Part shown: positions 51,844-62,038 of the stretch, piece after piece | How positions within the stretch are numbered: the stretch's first letter is position 1 | Layout of the letters: the number at the start of each line of letters is the position of its first letter | The notes under the pieces: model-generated | Seen by the model: the letters and a program-made list of their open reading frames with translations, nothing else | What the model was told of the DNA's origin: nothing | Databases searched by the model: none | Position numbers and translations under genes: made by a program | DNA from: Balneolaceae bacterium | Lineage (GTDB): Bacteria; Bacteroidota; Rhodothermia; Balneolales; Balneolaceae | DNA length: 64,000 nt | Assembly (NCBI GenBank): GCA_040879905.1 | Contig: JBBDJK010000152.1 | Location: 4,617-68,616, forward strand | Reading direction: 5' to 3'

Positions 51844-53226
51844 CTACTTTATATAAACCGTTTTTTTATTCACAAACTCATGAATACCCTCGCGGGAAAG
51901 TTCCCGCCCATACCCTGAATGTTTGGTTCCACCGAATGGAAGGCGTGGATCAGATTTTACAAGTTCATTAATAAAAAATGCGCCATCAGCTATTTTACCG
52001 ATGTTTTTCCTTGCGCGTTCAACATCTTTGGTAAAAAGAGTTGTACCGAGGCCATATTTGGATTGTGATGCCAAACGAAATGCTTCATCTTCATCCTTTG
52101 CCCTGATAATGGCAGCCACAGGACCGAAGGTCTCCTCATCAAAAACCGGCATACCCGGCTTTACGTTGACCAAAACCGTCGGCTCATAATAAGCTTCCAT
52201 TTGTTTACCTCCGATTAACAGCTTTGCACCCAGTTCGACAGACTTTTTCACTTGTTCATTGAGCTCATCTGCCAGATCTTTACGTGCCAGAGGGCCTATT
52301 TCTGTCTCTTCATTAAGGGGATCTCCACTCTTGAGTGATTTAACTTGTTCCAAAAATTTCGGTAAGAATTTCTCGTAAGCATCTCCCACCAATATAAACC
52401 TCTTTGCAGCGATACAACTTTGACCGGTGTTCATCATACGAGCAGAGACTCCGGTTTTAACAGCAAGATCCATATCAGCATCTTCCAGTACGATAAAAGC
52501 GTTGTTACCACCCAGTTCCAAAACCGATTTTTTCAGATATTTCCCCGCCAAACTTCCTACAGAACGTCCGGCTTTATCGCTTCCGGTCAGAGTCACCCCT
52601 TTTACAATATCATTGGCGATAATTTGTTCAATTTTGTCATGATGAACAATCAGTATTTGAAAAACTCCGTCGGGAAAACCCGCTTCCAGAAGTAATTTTT
52701 CGATGTGAGTTGCACATCCGGCAACATTTGATGCGTGTTTTAAAAGAGCCGTATTTCCGGCCATCAGTGCGGGTGCCGTAAAACGAAAAACCTGCCAGAA
52801 TGGGAAGTTCCATGGCATAATAGCCAATACTGGTCCGATAGGATCATGGCTAACAAAACTTTCAGTGGCATCACTTTTAATCACTTCATCGGCCAGAAAT
52901 CGTGCAGCGTTTTCAGCATAAAACTCACAAACCCATGCACATTTATTGATCTCTCCTTTTGATTCACTAATGGGTTTTCCCATTTCCAGGGTCATTGTCC
53001 GGGCATATATATCCACATTCTTCCTGAGCAACACCGCTGCTTTTTTTAGCAACTCCCCACGTTTCTCAATCGGTACATAGCGCCATGATTCAAAAGAGTC
53101 CTGAGATTTATGAAGGATTTTATCGATCTCTTTATTAGAATGTTGTGGATATTCATTTAATACTTTTCCGTTATAAGGGTTGATACTTTTAATAGTCATT
53201 GGTTTACTCTTATTGTTTCTGATCAT
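51844..53226 (-). CDS. NAD(P)-dependent succinate-semialdehyde dehydrogenase (Sad/GabD-like)
   Basis: [36 protein letters not shown]. True start may be MTIK at 53199. Confidence 0.9.
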   Translation of the reverse strand: MIRNNKSKPMTIKSINPYNGKVLNEYPQHSNKEIDKILHKSQDSFESWRYVPIEKRGELLKKAAVLLRKNVDIYARTMTLEMGKPISESKGEINKCAWVCEFYAENAARFLADEVIKSDATESFVSHDPIGPVLAIMPWNFPFWQVFRFTAPALMAGNTALLKHASNVAGCATHIEKLLLEAGFPDGVFQILIVHHDKIEQIIANDIVKGVTLTGSDKAGRSVGSLAGKYLKKSVLELGGNNAFIVLEDADMDLAVKTGVSARMMNTGQSCIAAKRFILVGDAYEKFLPKFLEQVKSLKSGDPLNEETEIGPLARKDLADELNEQVKKSVELGAKLLIGGKQMEAYYEPTVLVNVKPGMPVFDEETFGPVAAIIRAKDEDEAFRLASQSKYGLGTTLFTKDVERARKNIGKIADGAFFINELVKSDPRLPFGGTKHSGYGRELSREGIHEFVNKKTVYIK

Positions 53227-53479
53227 TTACTGATTACTACTGAAGTCTGCAACGCAGCCAATTGCCAACCATTATCAGACATAATCATACGTTTGTGAAC
53301 CTTATTTGTATCCTCTTGTCTTGGTTAGCGCCGATATTTGCCGATTGTTGAAGTTCCTGACCCATTACAATAGCAATGTTTCGGTTGAAAATGATATTTT
53401 CACATTTCAAATATTTTAAATTAAGTACTGAAGTTTTAATAAAATATTATGAAAATTTTAGAGACGCACATTTTACTAT

Positions 53480-53929
53480 TTATTCATTTTCCAGTTTTCG
53501 ACGCATGATACGATGGTCAATCGACCATTTCCCGGCTCCGTAGAAGAGATAGACGATTAACAGCATTAATATCAGAAGTGAATACTCCATTTCTGTGGTA
53601 GGACCAAAAAAGGTGCCACCGGCTCCGGAAAAATAATACGCCCCAACTATGACAATGGGTATTTGTACAAAAATAGCTAACCGTGTCAGAATCCCAAAAA
53701 CGATCATCAATCCACCCAATAGATGGGCAAAGACCACATAATGAGCTACAACAAATGCATCGAGTGTAGTGGTATCTTCGATATGCTCATAGATGATTTC
53801 AAGATTTTCTACAAAATAATAGCCTTTATAGACCAATAAAAGACCCAAAAATATGCGCAGGCTTTCGATCCAGTGGTGACGATTTTCAACAGCCCATTGA
53901 TTTAAAGATGTGCTTATGGATGCAATCAT
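53480..53929 (-). CDS. DoxX family membrane protein
   Basis: LRIFLG, GG.....G..TR.A, GAGKWSID. Confidence 0.88.
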   Translation of the reverse strand: MIASISTSLNQWAVENRHHWIESLRIFLGLLLVYKGYYFVENLEIIYEHIEDTTTLDAFVVAHYVVFAHLLGGLMIVFGILTRLAIFVQIPIVIVGAYYFSGAGGTFFGPTTEMEYSLLILMLLIVYLFYGAGKWSIDHRIMRRKLENE

Positions 53930-54058
53930 ACTTAACCTCCCATTTTAATGACTTTAAATGGAACTTCGTACTTCTACTTCCTACCTGATAATGTACGAAT
54001 TAAAGGCATCTAATCGTACTAAATCGTGGAATAGTGGCAGATTGAAACGTAATGTAGT

Positions 54059-56647
54059 TTAACCCGGTTTTACGACCAGGTTAACTATGCGCCCGGGGAC
54101 AAAGATCTCTTTGACTATTGTACTACCGTCCAGATATTTTTGAATATTCGACTGCTGCTTGGCTAAACCGATTACAAACTCTTTGTCTTTCTCTTTATCT
54201 GACGGTATAGATATATTCGCCCTCACTTTACCATTTACCTGAACCGGTATATCAATGGTATCACTCTTCAGGTACTCCTCGTTATACTCCGGCCATGTTT
54301 TGTAAGCAAGACTTTCATGATAACCAAGTCTTTTCCAGATCTCTTCAGCGATATGAGGTGCGAATGGAGACAATAAGATCACAAATGGTTCAGCGACTGA
54401 TCTTGGAAGTTCATTCCATCCGTTCGCTTCATTCACAAAGATCATCAGAGCCGAGATAGCGGTGTTAAACCGCATGTTTTCGATATCTTCAGTTACTTTT
54501 TTGATCGCTATATGCAACACCTTTAACTGCTCAGAAGTCGGATCACTTTTTGAAATGTTCAGCACATCCTCCTCTCCATCACCAAAAAAGAGCCTCCAGG
54601 CCCGGTTCAGAAAGCGGTTCACCCCTTCCACTCCTTTGGTACTCCACGGTTTTACCTGTTCAAGGGGTCCCATAAACATCTCATAGAGCCGTAAGGAGTC
54701 CGCACCATAATTTTTGACAACATCGTCAGGATTGATCACATTGCCGCGTGATTTGGACATCTTGTGCGCTTTGGAGTCGACTGTAATGGGAGTTCCTTTC
54801 ATCACAAACCGATCTCCTTTTTTCTCAACGTCTGATTCAGAAACAGTGATTCGTTTCACCCCCTTTGAACCGGCAGCCTCGTCGGCGCTGATCATCTTTC
54901 CATCTTTTTCATAAGCGGTATACTCGACCTCCCCCAAAATCATTCCCTGATGAACGAGCCGCTTGAATGGCTCTTTGGTGGATACTACACCGCAATCATA
55001 GAGGACTTTATGCCAGAAACGGGCATACAGCAAGTGTAGCACGGAGTGTTCTGAGCCTCCTACATAGAGGTCAACCGGCATCCAATATTTTTCTTCACCC
55101 TGATCTACGGGTCCGCCGTTAAAACCGGGGCTGATATATCTGAGGTAATACCAGCATGAGCCGGCCCACTGAGGCATCGTATTGGTTTCACGAAGAGCTT
55201 TTTTGCCGGTTTCCGGATCGGTAGTTTCGACCCAGTTTTTGGCTCTTGCTAAAGGGGGTTCACCTGTTTTAGTAGGTTGAAAATCGTCAACTTCGGGCAG
55301 TGTTACAGGCAGATCCTTTTCCGGAACAGCTTTTGGCCGGCCATCTACATGAATAATTGGAAACGGTTCGCCCCAATAACGCTGACGAGAAAAGAGCCAG
55401 TCACGCAGTTTATAGTTTACACTTTTTTTCCCGACTCCATTTTCTTCAAGCCACTCGATGATCTTTGTTTTTGCATCCGTGATCTCCAAACCATTCAAAA
55501 AATCACTGTTTATTGCCGGACCATCTCCCGTATAAGCAGTGCCATCGAACTCCTCAGGTGGTTTCACTGTGCGGATGATCGGCAGATCAAAAGCTTCCGC
55601 AAACTCCCAGTCGCGTTCATCCTGACCCGGCACGGCCATAATGGCACCGGTTCCATAGTGTGCAAGCACATAGTCCGCTATCCAGATCGGTATCTCTTTT
55701 CCATTTACCGGATTGATGGCGTATGAGCCGGTAAAAACACCGGTTTTCTCTTTGGTCAGCTCCTGTCTTTCCAGGTCCGATTTCTGACCTGCCATCATAT
55801 TGTATGTATGTACCGTTTCTTTTTGATCATCAGTTGTCAAAACATCAACCAGATGGTGTTCGGGAGCCAGAACCATGTAAGTGGCACCGAAAAGGGTATC
55901 GGGTCGCGTAGTAAAAACCTGTATCTTTTCTTCAGAATCCGGAATTGCAAAATCGATTTCAGCCCCGATCGACTTACCGATCCAGTTTCGCTGCATCTCT
56001 TTGGTCGATTCAGGCCACTCCAGTCCTTCCAGGTCTTCCAGGAGTCTGTCGGCATATTCTGTAATTTTAAGGACCCATTGACGCATCGGCCGTTTGACTA
56101 CCGGGTAACCTCCCACTTCGCTCTTCCCGTCGATGACCTCTTCATTGGCAAGTACAGTTCCTAACTCAGGACACCAGTTCACAGGCTGTTCCGATTCGTA
56201 CGCCAGGCCACGATCAAACAGTTTTTTAAAAATCCACTGAGTCCATTTATAGTAGTTGGGATCGGTTGTATTTACTTCCCTGTCCCAATCGTATGAAAAG
56301 CCGAGCATTTTAAGTTGCTCCCTGAAGACGCCGATATTTTTTTCAGTCGTATCACGTGGATGAGTACCCGTTTTAACCGCGTATTGCTCTGCCGGGAGCC
56401 CAAATGCGTCCCATCCGATTGGGTGTAACACATTGTAGCCCTTCATTCTTTTGTATCGAGCTAAAATATCTGTAGCTGTATATCCTTCCGGATGCCCCAC
56501 ATGGAGACCTGAGCCACTCGGGTAAGGAAACATATCCAGGATATAGTACTTTGGTTTGTCATGTTCCTCCGGTGTTTTAAAGGTCTTGTTCTCCAGCCAG
56601 TACTTCTGCCATTTCGATTCAATTTCAGAGGGATTGTAGCTACTCAT
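54059..56647 (-). CDS. leuS: Leucyl-tRNA synthetase
   Basis: [21 protein letters not shown] editing domain, [13 protein letters not shown]. Confidence 0.98.
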   Translation of the reverse strand: MSSYNPSEIESKWQKYWLENKTFKTPEEHDKPKYYILDMFPYPSGSGLHVGHPEGYTATDILARYKRMKGYNVLHPIGWDAFGLPAEQYAVKTGTHPRDTTEKNIGVFREQLKMLGFSYDWDREVNTTDPNYYKWTQWIFKKLFDRGLAYESEQPVNWCPELGTVLANEEVIDGKSEVGGYPVVKRPMRQWVLKITEYADRLLEDLEGLEWPESTKEMQRNWIGKSIGAEIDFAIPDSEEKIQVFTTRPDTLFGATYMVLAPEHHLVDVLTTDDQKETVHTYNMMAGQKSDLERQELTKEKTGVFTGSYAINPVNGKEIPIWIADYVLAHYGTGAIMAVPGQDERDWEFAEAFDLPIIRTVKPPEEFDGTAYTGDGPAINSDFLNGLEITDAKTKIIEWLEENGVGKKSVNYKLRDWLFSRQRYWGEPFPIIHVDGRPKAVPEKDLPVTLPEVDDFQPTKTGEPPLARAKNWVETTDPETGKKALRETNTMPQWAGSCWYYLRYISPGFNGGPVDQGEEKYWMPVDLYVGGSEHSVLHLLYARFWHKVLYDCGVVSTKEPFKRLVHQGMILGEVEYTAYEKDGKMISADEAAGSKGVKRITVSESDVEKKGDRFVMKGTPITVDSKAHKMSKSRGNVINPDDVVKNYGADSLRLYEMFMGPLEQVKPWSTKGVEGVNRFLNRAWRLFFGDGEEDVLNISKSDPTSEQLKVLHIAIKKVTEDIENMRFNTAISALMIFVNEANGWNELPRSVAEPFVILLSPFAPHIAEEIWKRLGYHESLAYKTWPEYNEEYLKSDTIDIPVQVNGKVRANISIPSDKEKDKEFVIGLAKQQSNIQKYLDGSTIVKEIFVPGRIVNLVVKPG

Positions 56648-56725
56648 TCAGGTTTTTTGTGTTTCATACTGATTTTTTGATAAGTATATAAACTAAGGAA
56701 ATTTGAGGATAGATGATCTTAGAAT

Positions 56726-56830
56726 TCAGACAAATGCTATCAATTCCTCATAGGTCATTGTGATACGCATCAATTCCTTATTAGTTCGCGTGATGCCCAT
56801 CAATTCCTCACGGGTCCTTGTGATGACCAT
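56726..56830 (-). CDS. Possible 34-aa repeat peptide MVITRTREELMGITRTNKELMRITMTYEELIAFV
   Basis: Open frame across the 30-bp array, same strand as leuS, with some synonymous differences between units. No homology evidence. Confidence 0.3.
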   Translation of the reverse strand: MVITRTREELMGITRTNKELMRITMTYEELIAFV

Positions 56831-56836
56831 CAGTTC
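56739..56836. repeat. 30-bp-period degenerate tandem array (3 units plus a partial unit)
   Basis: atcaattcctcataggtcattgtgatacgc / atcaattccttattagttcgcgtgatgccc / atcaattcctcacgggtccttgtgatgacc / atcagttc. Confidence 0.9.
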
Positions 56837-56843
56837 TAAATGA

Positions 56844-56870
56844 GTCCTCCTGAATTTATTTCAAGATCTC
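56844..56870. repeat. Degenerate REP-like palindrome
   Basis: gtcctcctgaatttatttcaagatctc, an imperfect TC(C)TGAA...TTCA(A)GA hairpin resembling the GTCATCCTGAATTTATTTCAGGATCT-type intergenic repeat (recalled, not searched). Confidence 0.45.
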
Positions 56871-57010
56871 AAAAGGAAAGACTTTGTAGTATATCTTTCC
56901 ATTGATATAGAACATACATTTACCAACATCCTGAACACGTAAGAATCTGATCTACATCAACATGACGCTTGGTAATGGAGATACAAAGTTTTTACAGCCT
57001 GACAGAGGAA

Positions 57011-57796
57011 TCAATCCTCTTTACGCTGGCTAAACAACCAGTCAATGATATACTGATCATCATACGTTTGCAGCCACGCAAAATGGCCAACACCCGGATA
57101 TTCCGTATAACCCGGCTGACCACCGGCATCCTGAATAGCCTGAATCATCTGTCTGGACATTTCTGCCGGAACAGTGGGATCATCTGCACCGTGAGTAACC
57201 CAAATCGGTATATGTGCAAAACGCTCAGCCGTTGAAGGTGCTCCTCCTCCACAAACCGGAATTGCAGCGGCAAATCGTTCCGGCCATCTTGCAAGGGCAT
57301 CCCAGGTTCCGAAACCGCCCATGGATAACCCTGTGATATAAATACGGTTCTCATCCACATTGAAATTTTCAATAATCTGATCCAAAACTTCCATTGTCAT
57401 CATTAAAGCCTTACTTGGTTCATCACCCAACACAAGCGGTTTTTCATCCTGACGGAATTGACCTTCAAAATTAGACCATCTGCCGTCAACCGGGCTTTGA
57501 GGTGCGATTACGATCGCTTTATAGGTTTTCATCCATTGATCCGTTACAAAATTCTGAACTCCCCATTTAAGCTGTGACACATTATCATCTCCTCTTTCAC
57601 CTGCCCCATGAAGGAAAATCAGTAACGGATAACTCTGTGATCCGCTAAAATCGGGAAATGCAATTCGATAGTTCAACGTATCCCCCTCTTCATTTACATA
57701 TTGTTGGGCATTAAACCGGTCAACTTGTGCCTCTAAAGGTTGGGCAGTCATCAAGAGAACAACAAAAAGAGTTAGAAACGTTTTCATAATCATCAA
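57011..57796 (-). CDS. Exported alpha/beta hydrolase (predicted esterase/peptidase)
   Basis: FLHGAGERG, RIYITGLSMGGFGTW, HGADD, GH. Confidence 0.88.
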   Translation of the reverse strand: MMIMKTFLTLFVVLLMTAQPLEAQVDRFNAQQYVNEEGDTLNYRIAFPDFSGSQSYPLLIFLHGAGERGDDNVSQLKWGVQNFVTDQWMKTYKAIVIAPQSPVDGRWSNFEGQFRQDEKPLVLGDEPSKALMMTMEVLDQIIENFNVDENRIYITGLSMGGFGTWDALARWPERFAAAIPVCGGGAPSTAERFAHIPIWVTHGADDPTVPAEMSRQMIQAIQDAGGQPGYTEYPGVGHFAWLQTYDDQYIIDWLFSQRKED

Positions 57797-57958
57797 TTTT
57801 GAATTAAAGTTTAAGCTCTATTTTAATGAATCTACAGGTAGAATTGAATAGAATTACAAAGTTTAACTACAGAATATATGATATGTCACAACTTCGATAA
57901 TCATTATGTGATATTCACCGATCTGATCATTTTTTTTCTCCGACAGCAGTTGGAGAGA

Positions 57959-58831
57959 TCAATCAAACCTTTTTGTCAGTCCCCTAAACTCATCAACTCT
58001 CCGATCCCGGAAAAACGGCCAAATCTGTCGTTGGCTTTCGATCAGGGAGTAATCGATTTCAGTATAAACCACTCCCTCCTCCTCTCCTGCCTGAACTAAA
58101 ATCTCACCGAACGGTGCCGCAACAAATGAGTTCCCCCAGTATTTGGTTCCGCCTTCTACACCAACCCGGTTCACGCTTGCCACAAAACAACCATTGGCGA
58201 TGGCATGGCTGCGCTGAATCGTCTGCCAGGCATCCAAAAAGACAGCTTTTTCCGTATCATTCTCTTCAGGAAGCGTTCCGATGGCTGTCGGATATACCAA
58301 CAGCTCTGCTCCTTTCATAGCGGTCAAACGTGCGGCTTCAGGAAACCATTGATCCCAGCAGATCAAAGTTCCTATTTTACCTTCACTTGTATTAAAGACC
58401 TTAAAACCCAGATCGCCCGGCGTGAAATAGTATTTCTCATAAAATCCCGGATCATCCGGAATGTGCATTTTGCGATAGATTCCGGGTATTGTCCCATCCT
58501 TTTCGATCACTACCATGGTATTGAAATAGATCCCTGGCGCTTTACGCTCAAATAGCGGCAGCAGGATGACAACTTGCAGCTGTTTGGCCAGTTTACAAAA
58601 ATGATCGGTCGTTGGGCCGGGAACCGGCTCCGCCCATTCAAAGTATTTCTGATTGATCTCACGACAGAAATAGGTGGTTTGGAACAATTCCTGCAGTGCA
58701 ATCAGCTTCGCGCCCCCATTTGCTGCTTCCGATACAAAGTGTTGTGCTTTATCCAGATTTTCGGCGAGATTTTCACCACAACTGTATTGTGGCAGGGCGA
58801 TTGTTGTTTTATCAGATTTTTCTATTTCCAT
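57959..58831 (-). CDS. Carbon-nitrogen hydrolase (N-carbamoylputrescine amidase-like)
   Basis: LQELF, YRKMHIPDDPGFYEKYYFTPG, ICWDQWFPEAAR, FFRDRR. Confidence 0.92.
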   Translation of the reverse strand: MEIEKSDKTTIALPQYSCGENLAENLDKAQHFVSEAANGGAKLIALQELFQTTYFCREINQKYFEWAEPVPGPTTDHFCKLAKQLQVVILLPLFERKAPGIYFNTMVVIEKDGTIPGIYRKMHIPDDPGFYEKYYFTPGDLGFKVFNTSEGKIGTLICWDQWFPEAARLTAMKGAELLVYPTAIGTLPEENDTEKAVFLDAWQTIQRSHAIANGCFVASVNRVGVEGGTKYWGNSFVAAPFGEILVQAGEEEGVVYTEIDYSLIESQRQIWPFFRDRRVDEFRGLTKRFD

Positions 58832-59133
58832 TTCTTTAACACGGTTCAGGAACAGATCACATTTTTAATACGAAACACGTAGTGATCATTCTATCAAGGT
58901 ATGTAGTGTACCTTTTTCTGCACGACACGATAATCAATAATAGATAAATTAACCTTTGTAAAAAAATCAAGAGGGTCAATTCTCTATTGATGATTTCTTC
59001 CGATCACACTTACTCTTCCTTTTAATTTGTAAACAGTACTACAATTTTTTTTGTATAACATCTCTCCCAATTTTTATCGTTATTGGTTATACTAGATATA
59101 GTAATGTACTTCACACTACACATTCAGAATAGC

Positions 59134-59322
59134 ATGACAAATCTAAAACTTAAAGAAAAAGCCAAAAACCTTATCAATGAACTCCCGGAAGGTGCAGACT
59201 GGAATGATTTGATGTATAAAATTTATGTCCGGCAATCGATTGAACAAGGCCTGAAAGATGCTGAGGAAGGAAAAGTTAAAACACACCAGGAGATTAAAAA
59301 AAAATTTGACCTTCGTGCATGA
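59134..59322 (+). CDS. Small antitoxin-like protein (RelE/ParE partner type)
   Basis: LI.ELPE.A.W.DLMY.IYV...IE.GL.D.E.G....H.E pattern; ATG 59134. Confidence 0.65.
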   Translation: MTNLKLKEKAKNLINELPEGADWNDLMYKIYVRQSIEQGLKDAEEGKVKTHQEIKKKFDLRA

Positions 59323-59375
59323 AAATCTTACATCTTTACGCTTTTACGGTTTAAATTCCTATAGTATCAATTGGA

Positions 59376-59410
59376 CCCCCCCCTTTATCCCCCCTTATTA
59401 GGGGGGACTT
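59376..59410. repeat. REP-like C/G-run palindrome
   Basis: cccccccctttaTCCCCCCT-tatt-AGGGGGGActt. Confidence 0.7.
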
Positions 59411-59491
59411 TTAACGCACTTTGAATATGCTTACCTTTATAGTTGTCTGAAATTATGTAAAAAAGACAATTCATAATCGATTTTAGAACAG

Positions 59492-60400
59492 ATGAAAACC
59501 GTATCCATACCCGATTTTAGCCGGACGATTCCCATCGACAAAGTGGGTGTTGAAGAGCGTGTAAAGAAACTAAATACAAGAAGTATCAAAAAAGAGTCCA
59601 AAATTCAGGCTCTGAAACTGGCTTTAAGTATGATCGACCATACCACACTGGAAGGCAAGGATTCACCCGGTAAGGTGATCCAGCTCTGCTCCAAAGCGAA
59701 AAAACCATACGCCCCGATACCGGATTTGCCATCTGTTGCCGCAGTCTGCGTCTATCCGAATATGGTATCGGTCGCTAAAAAGGCCCTAAAAGGCTCAACG
59801 GTTAAAGTAGCCAGTGTGGCAACGGCTTTTCCGAGCGGAATGACTCAACTGCAGGTGAAACTGGATGAAACGAGATTTGCCGTCGATCAGGGTGCTGATG
59901 AAATTGATATGGTGATTTCACGAGGTGAATTTTTGCGTGGGAACTACCCATTTATTTTTGATGAGATAGCATCTATTAAAGAGGCGTGTGGGGATTCACA
60001 TCTGAAGGTGATCCTTGAGACGGGTGAACTGGAAACACTTGAGAATGTTCGAAAAGCGAGTGATATCGCAATGCACGCAGGAGCCGATTTTATTAAAACT
60101 TCCACCGGGAAGGTATCCCCTGCTGCAACGCAACCGGTTACTCTCGTGATGCTGGAGGCGATCCGGGATTTTTACCTCGAAACCGGACAAATGGTCGGCA
60201 TGAAACCCGCCGGCGGCATCCGTAAAGCGAAAGAAGCGTTACAGTATTTGGTATTGGTAAAGGAGACATTAGGTGCTGCATGGCTCACTCCTGATCTCTT
60301 CAGGTTCGGAGCCAGCTCTCTGACAAACGACTTGCTGATGCAGATTGTGAAACAGCAGACCGGGGTTTATCAAAGCATCCACTATTTTTCCAACGATTGA
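59492..60400 (+). CDS. deoC: Deoxyribose-phosphate aldolase
   Basis: IDHTTL, GADEIDMV, LKVILETGEL, FIKTSTGK, KPAGGI, RFGASSL. Confidence 0.95.
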   Translation: MKTVSIPDFSRTIPIDKVGVEERVKKLNTRSIKKESKIQALKLALSMIDHTTLEGKDSPGKVIQLCSKAKKPYAPIPDLPSVAAVCVYPNMVSVAKKALKGSTVKVASVATAFPSGMTQLQVKLDETRFAVDQGADEIDMVISRGEFLRGNYPFIFDEIASIKEACGDSHLKVILETGELETLENVRKASDIAMHAGADFIKTSTGKVSPAATQPVTLVMLEAIRDFYLETGQMVGMKPAGGIRKAKEALQYLVLVKETLGAAWLTPDLFRFGASSLTNDLLMQIVKQQTGVYQSIHYFSND

Positions 60401-60421
60401 GACAATAAAGATTCCACGATT

Positions 60422-61957
60422 ATGTCTAAACAAACAAAAGAAAAAGATACTAAATCGCCTGACGTGGTAAACGGTATAAAAAAACCGAGTTCTCCGAATG
60501 CGGATTTGAAATTTGATTTTAAATCCTTCTGGAACTATAGTGATGCACCGGAGAGCAGTGATTTTGTAGAAATCAGGGAAGAATATGGGCATTTCATTGA
60601 CGGTAAGTTTGTAAAACCGGTAAAGGGACGAACGATGGCATCGATCAATCCGGCTACGGGTGAAACCCTTACTCAATTTGCAGAAGGAACGTCCGAAGAC
60701 ATCGACAAAGCCGTGAAGGCAGCGAGAAAGGCGTATAACAAAACGTGGTCTAAGTGTTCCGGAAGAGAACGGGGAAAATATATTTACCGTCTTGCAAGGA
60801 TGATCCAGGAGCGATCCAGAGAACTGGCTATTACGGAAACTCTGGATGGCGGAAAACCGATCCGTGAATCAAGGGATGTGGATGTCCCGCTCGCAGCCGC
60901 CTACTTTTTCTACTATGCCGGCTGGGCGGATAAGTTACAGTATGCAATTCCCGGAAAAAAACCGGAACCATTGGGTGTATGCGGACAAATTATCCCATGG
61001 AACTTTCCCCTGTTGATGCTTGCCTGGAAGATAGCCCCTGCCCTGGCTGCCGGGAATACGGTTGTGCTCAAACCGGCCGAGACGACTCCCCTTACAGCAC
61101 TTAAATTTGCGGAGATTTGCAGGGATGCAGGCCTGCCTGAAGGTGTGGTGAATATCGTTACTGGCGCAGGACCAACCGGTGCCGCACTGGTGGATCATCC
61201 GGATGTGAATAAAATTGCATTTACAGGCTCAACCGAAGTAGGTAAAATCATTCAGAAATCGCTGGCAGGCAGCGACAAGAGATACACTCTGGAGCTTGGA
61301 GGTAAAGGTGCCAATATCATATTCGAAGATGCCCCGCTCGATCAGGCTGTTGAAGGAATTGTGAATGCTATCTTTTTTAACCAGGGACATGTCTGCTGTG
61401 CCGGCTCAAGGCTGCTGGTTCAGGAAGGTGTGGCTGAAAAATTAATTCAGAAGTTGAAAGACCGGATGGAAACCTTAATTGTGGGAGATCCGATGGATAA
61501 AAACAGTGATATTGGTGCGATTAACTCCAAAGCGCAGCACGATAAAATTTTAAATTATCTGGAGATCGGAGTGAAAGAAGGGGCAACGATGTATCAGAGC
61601 CGTTGTGAACTGCCGGAGAATGGTTACTTTTGTAAACCTACACTATTTACGGATGTGAGTCAAAGCCATCGAATTGTACAGGAAGAGATTTTTGGGCCTG
61701 TGTTAACCATTCAGACATTTCGCACTCCTGATGAAGCGATTGAGAAAGCGAACAATTCACAATATGGACTGGCTGGAGGTATCTGGACCGACAAAGGATC
61801 AAAAATATTTAAAATGGGCAGTAAAATGCGGTCGGGTGTGGTTTGGGCAAATACGTACAATAAATTTGACCCCACCTCTCCCTTTGGAGGGTATAAAGAG
61901 AGTGGCCTTGGCCGTGAAGGGGGGTTACAAGGGTTATACGGATACCTTAAAAATTGA
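60422..61957 (+). CDS. Aldehyde dehydrogenase, catalytic chain
   Basis: IIPWNFPLLM, KPAETT, FTGSTEVG, LELGGK, NQGHVCCAGSR, EEIFGP. Confidence 0.93.
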   Translation: MSKQTKEKDTKSPDVVNGIKKPSSPNADLKFDFKSFWNYSDAPESSDFVEIREEYGHFIDGKFVKPVKGRTMASINPATGETLTQFAEGTSEDIDKAVKAARKAYNKTWSKCSGRERGKYIYRLARMIQERSRELAITETLDGGKPIRESRDVDVPLAAAYFFYYAGWADKLQYAIPGKKPEPLGVCGQIIPWNFPLLMLAWKIAPALAAGNTVVLKPAETTPLTALKFAEICRDAGLPEGVVNIVTGAGPTGAALVDHPDVNKIAFTGSTEVGKIIQKSLAGSDKRYTLELGGKGANIIFEDAPLDQAVEGIVNAIFFNQGHVCCAGSRLLVQEGVAEKLIQKLKDRMETLIVGDPMDKNSDIGAINSKAQHDKILNYLEIGVKEGATMYQSRCELPENGYFCKPTLFTDVSQSHRIVQEEIFGPVLTIQTFRTPDEAIEKANNSQYGLAGGIWTDKGSKIFKMGSKMRSGVVWANTYNKFDPTSPFGGYKESGLGREGGLQGLYGYLKN

Positions 61958-62038
61958 ATCGTTATGATTAACAAGAACAGCGAATTCAAGCACGATCATA
62001 GATGATCCGTGATTGTTTAGAATCAAAACCGGAAAGTA

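Noticed and set aside
53227-53479. attC-like site or small ORFs upstream of the SSADH gene
   Set aside because: The GCTAAC/GTTGGC ends do not fit RYYYAAC/GTTRRRY, there is no extended hairpin or integrase, and the short ORFs have no support.
53960-53990. Short ACTTC-type repeat upstream of the DoxX gene
   Set aside because: Only 3-4 irregular units, too weak to call.
55277-56164. Long antisense ORFs within leuS, and similar shadow ORFs elsewhere
   Set aside because: Opposite-strand shadows of conserved genes with no recognisable motifs.
56739-56836. CRISPR or TIGR-like guide array
   Set aside because: The variable segments are only 4 and about 11 nt and resemble each other as diverged duplicates. 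No cas or Nop-domain gene is nearby.
56648-57010. T-box riboswitch upstream of leuS
   Set aside because: No GGTGG-ACC T-box motif or paired terminator on the minus strand. Only weak inverted repeats such as GGAAAGA/TCTTTCC at 56875-56900.
57959-58831. Agmatine catabolism operon
   Set aside because: No agmatine deiminase gene is adjacent, so substrate and pathway cannot be assigned from this window.
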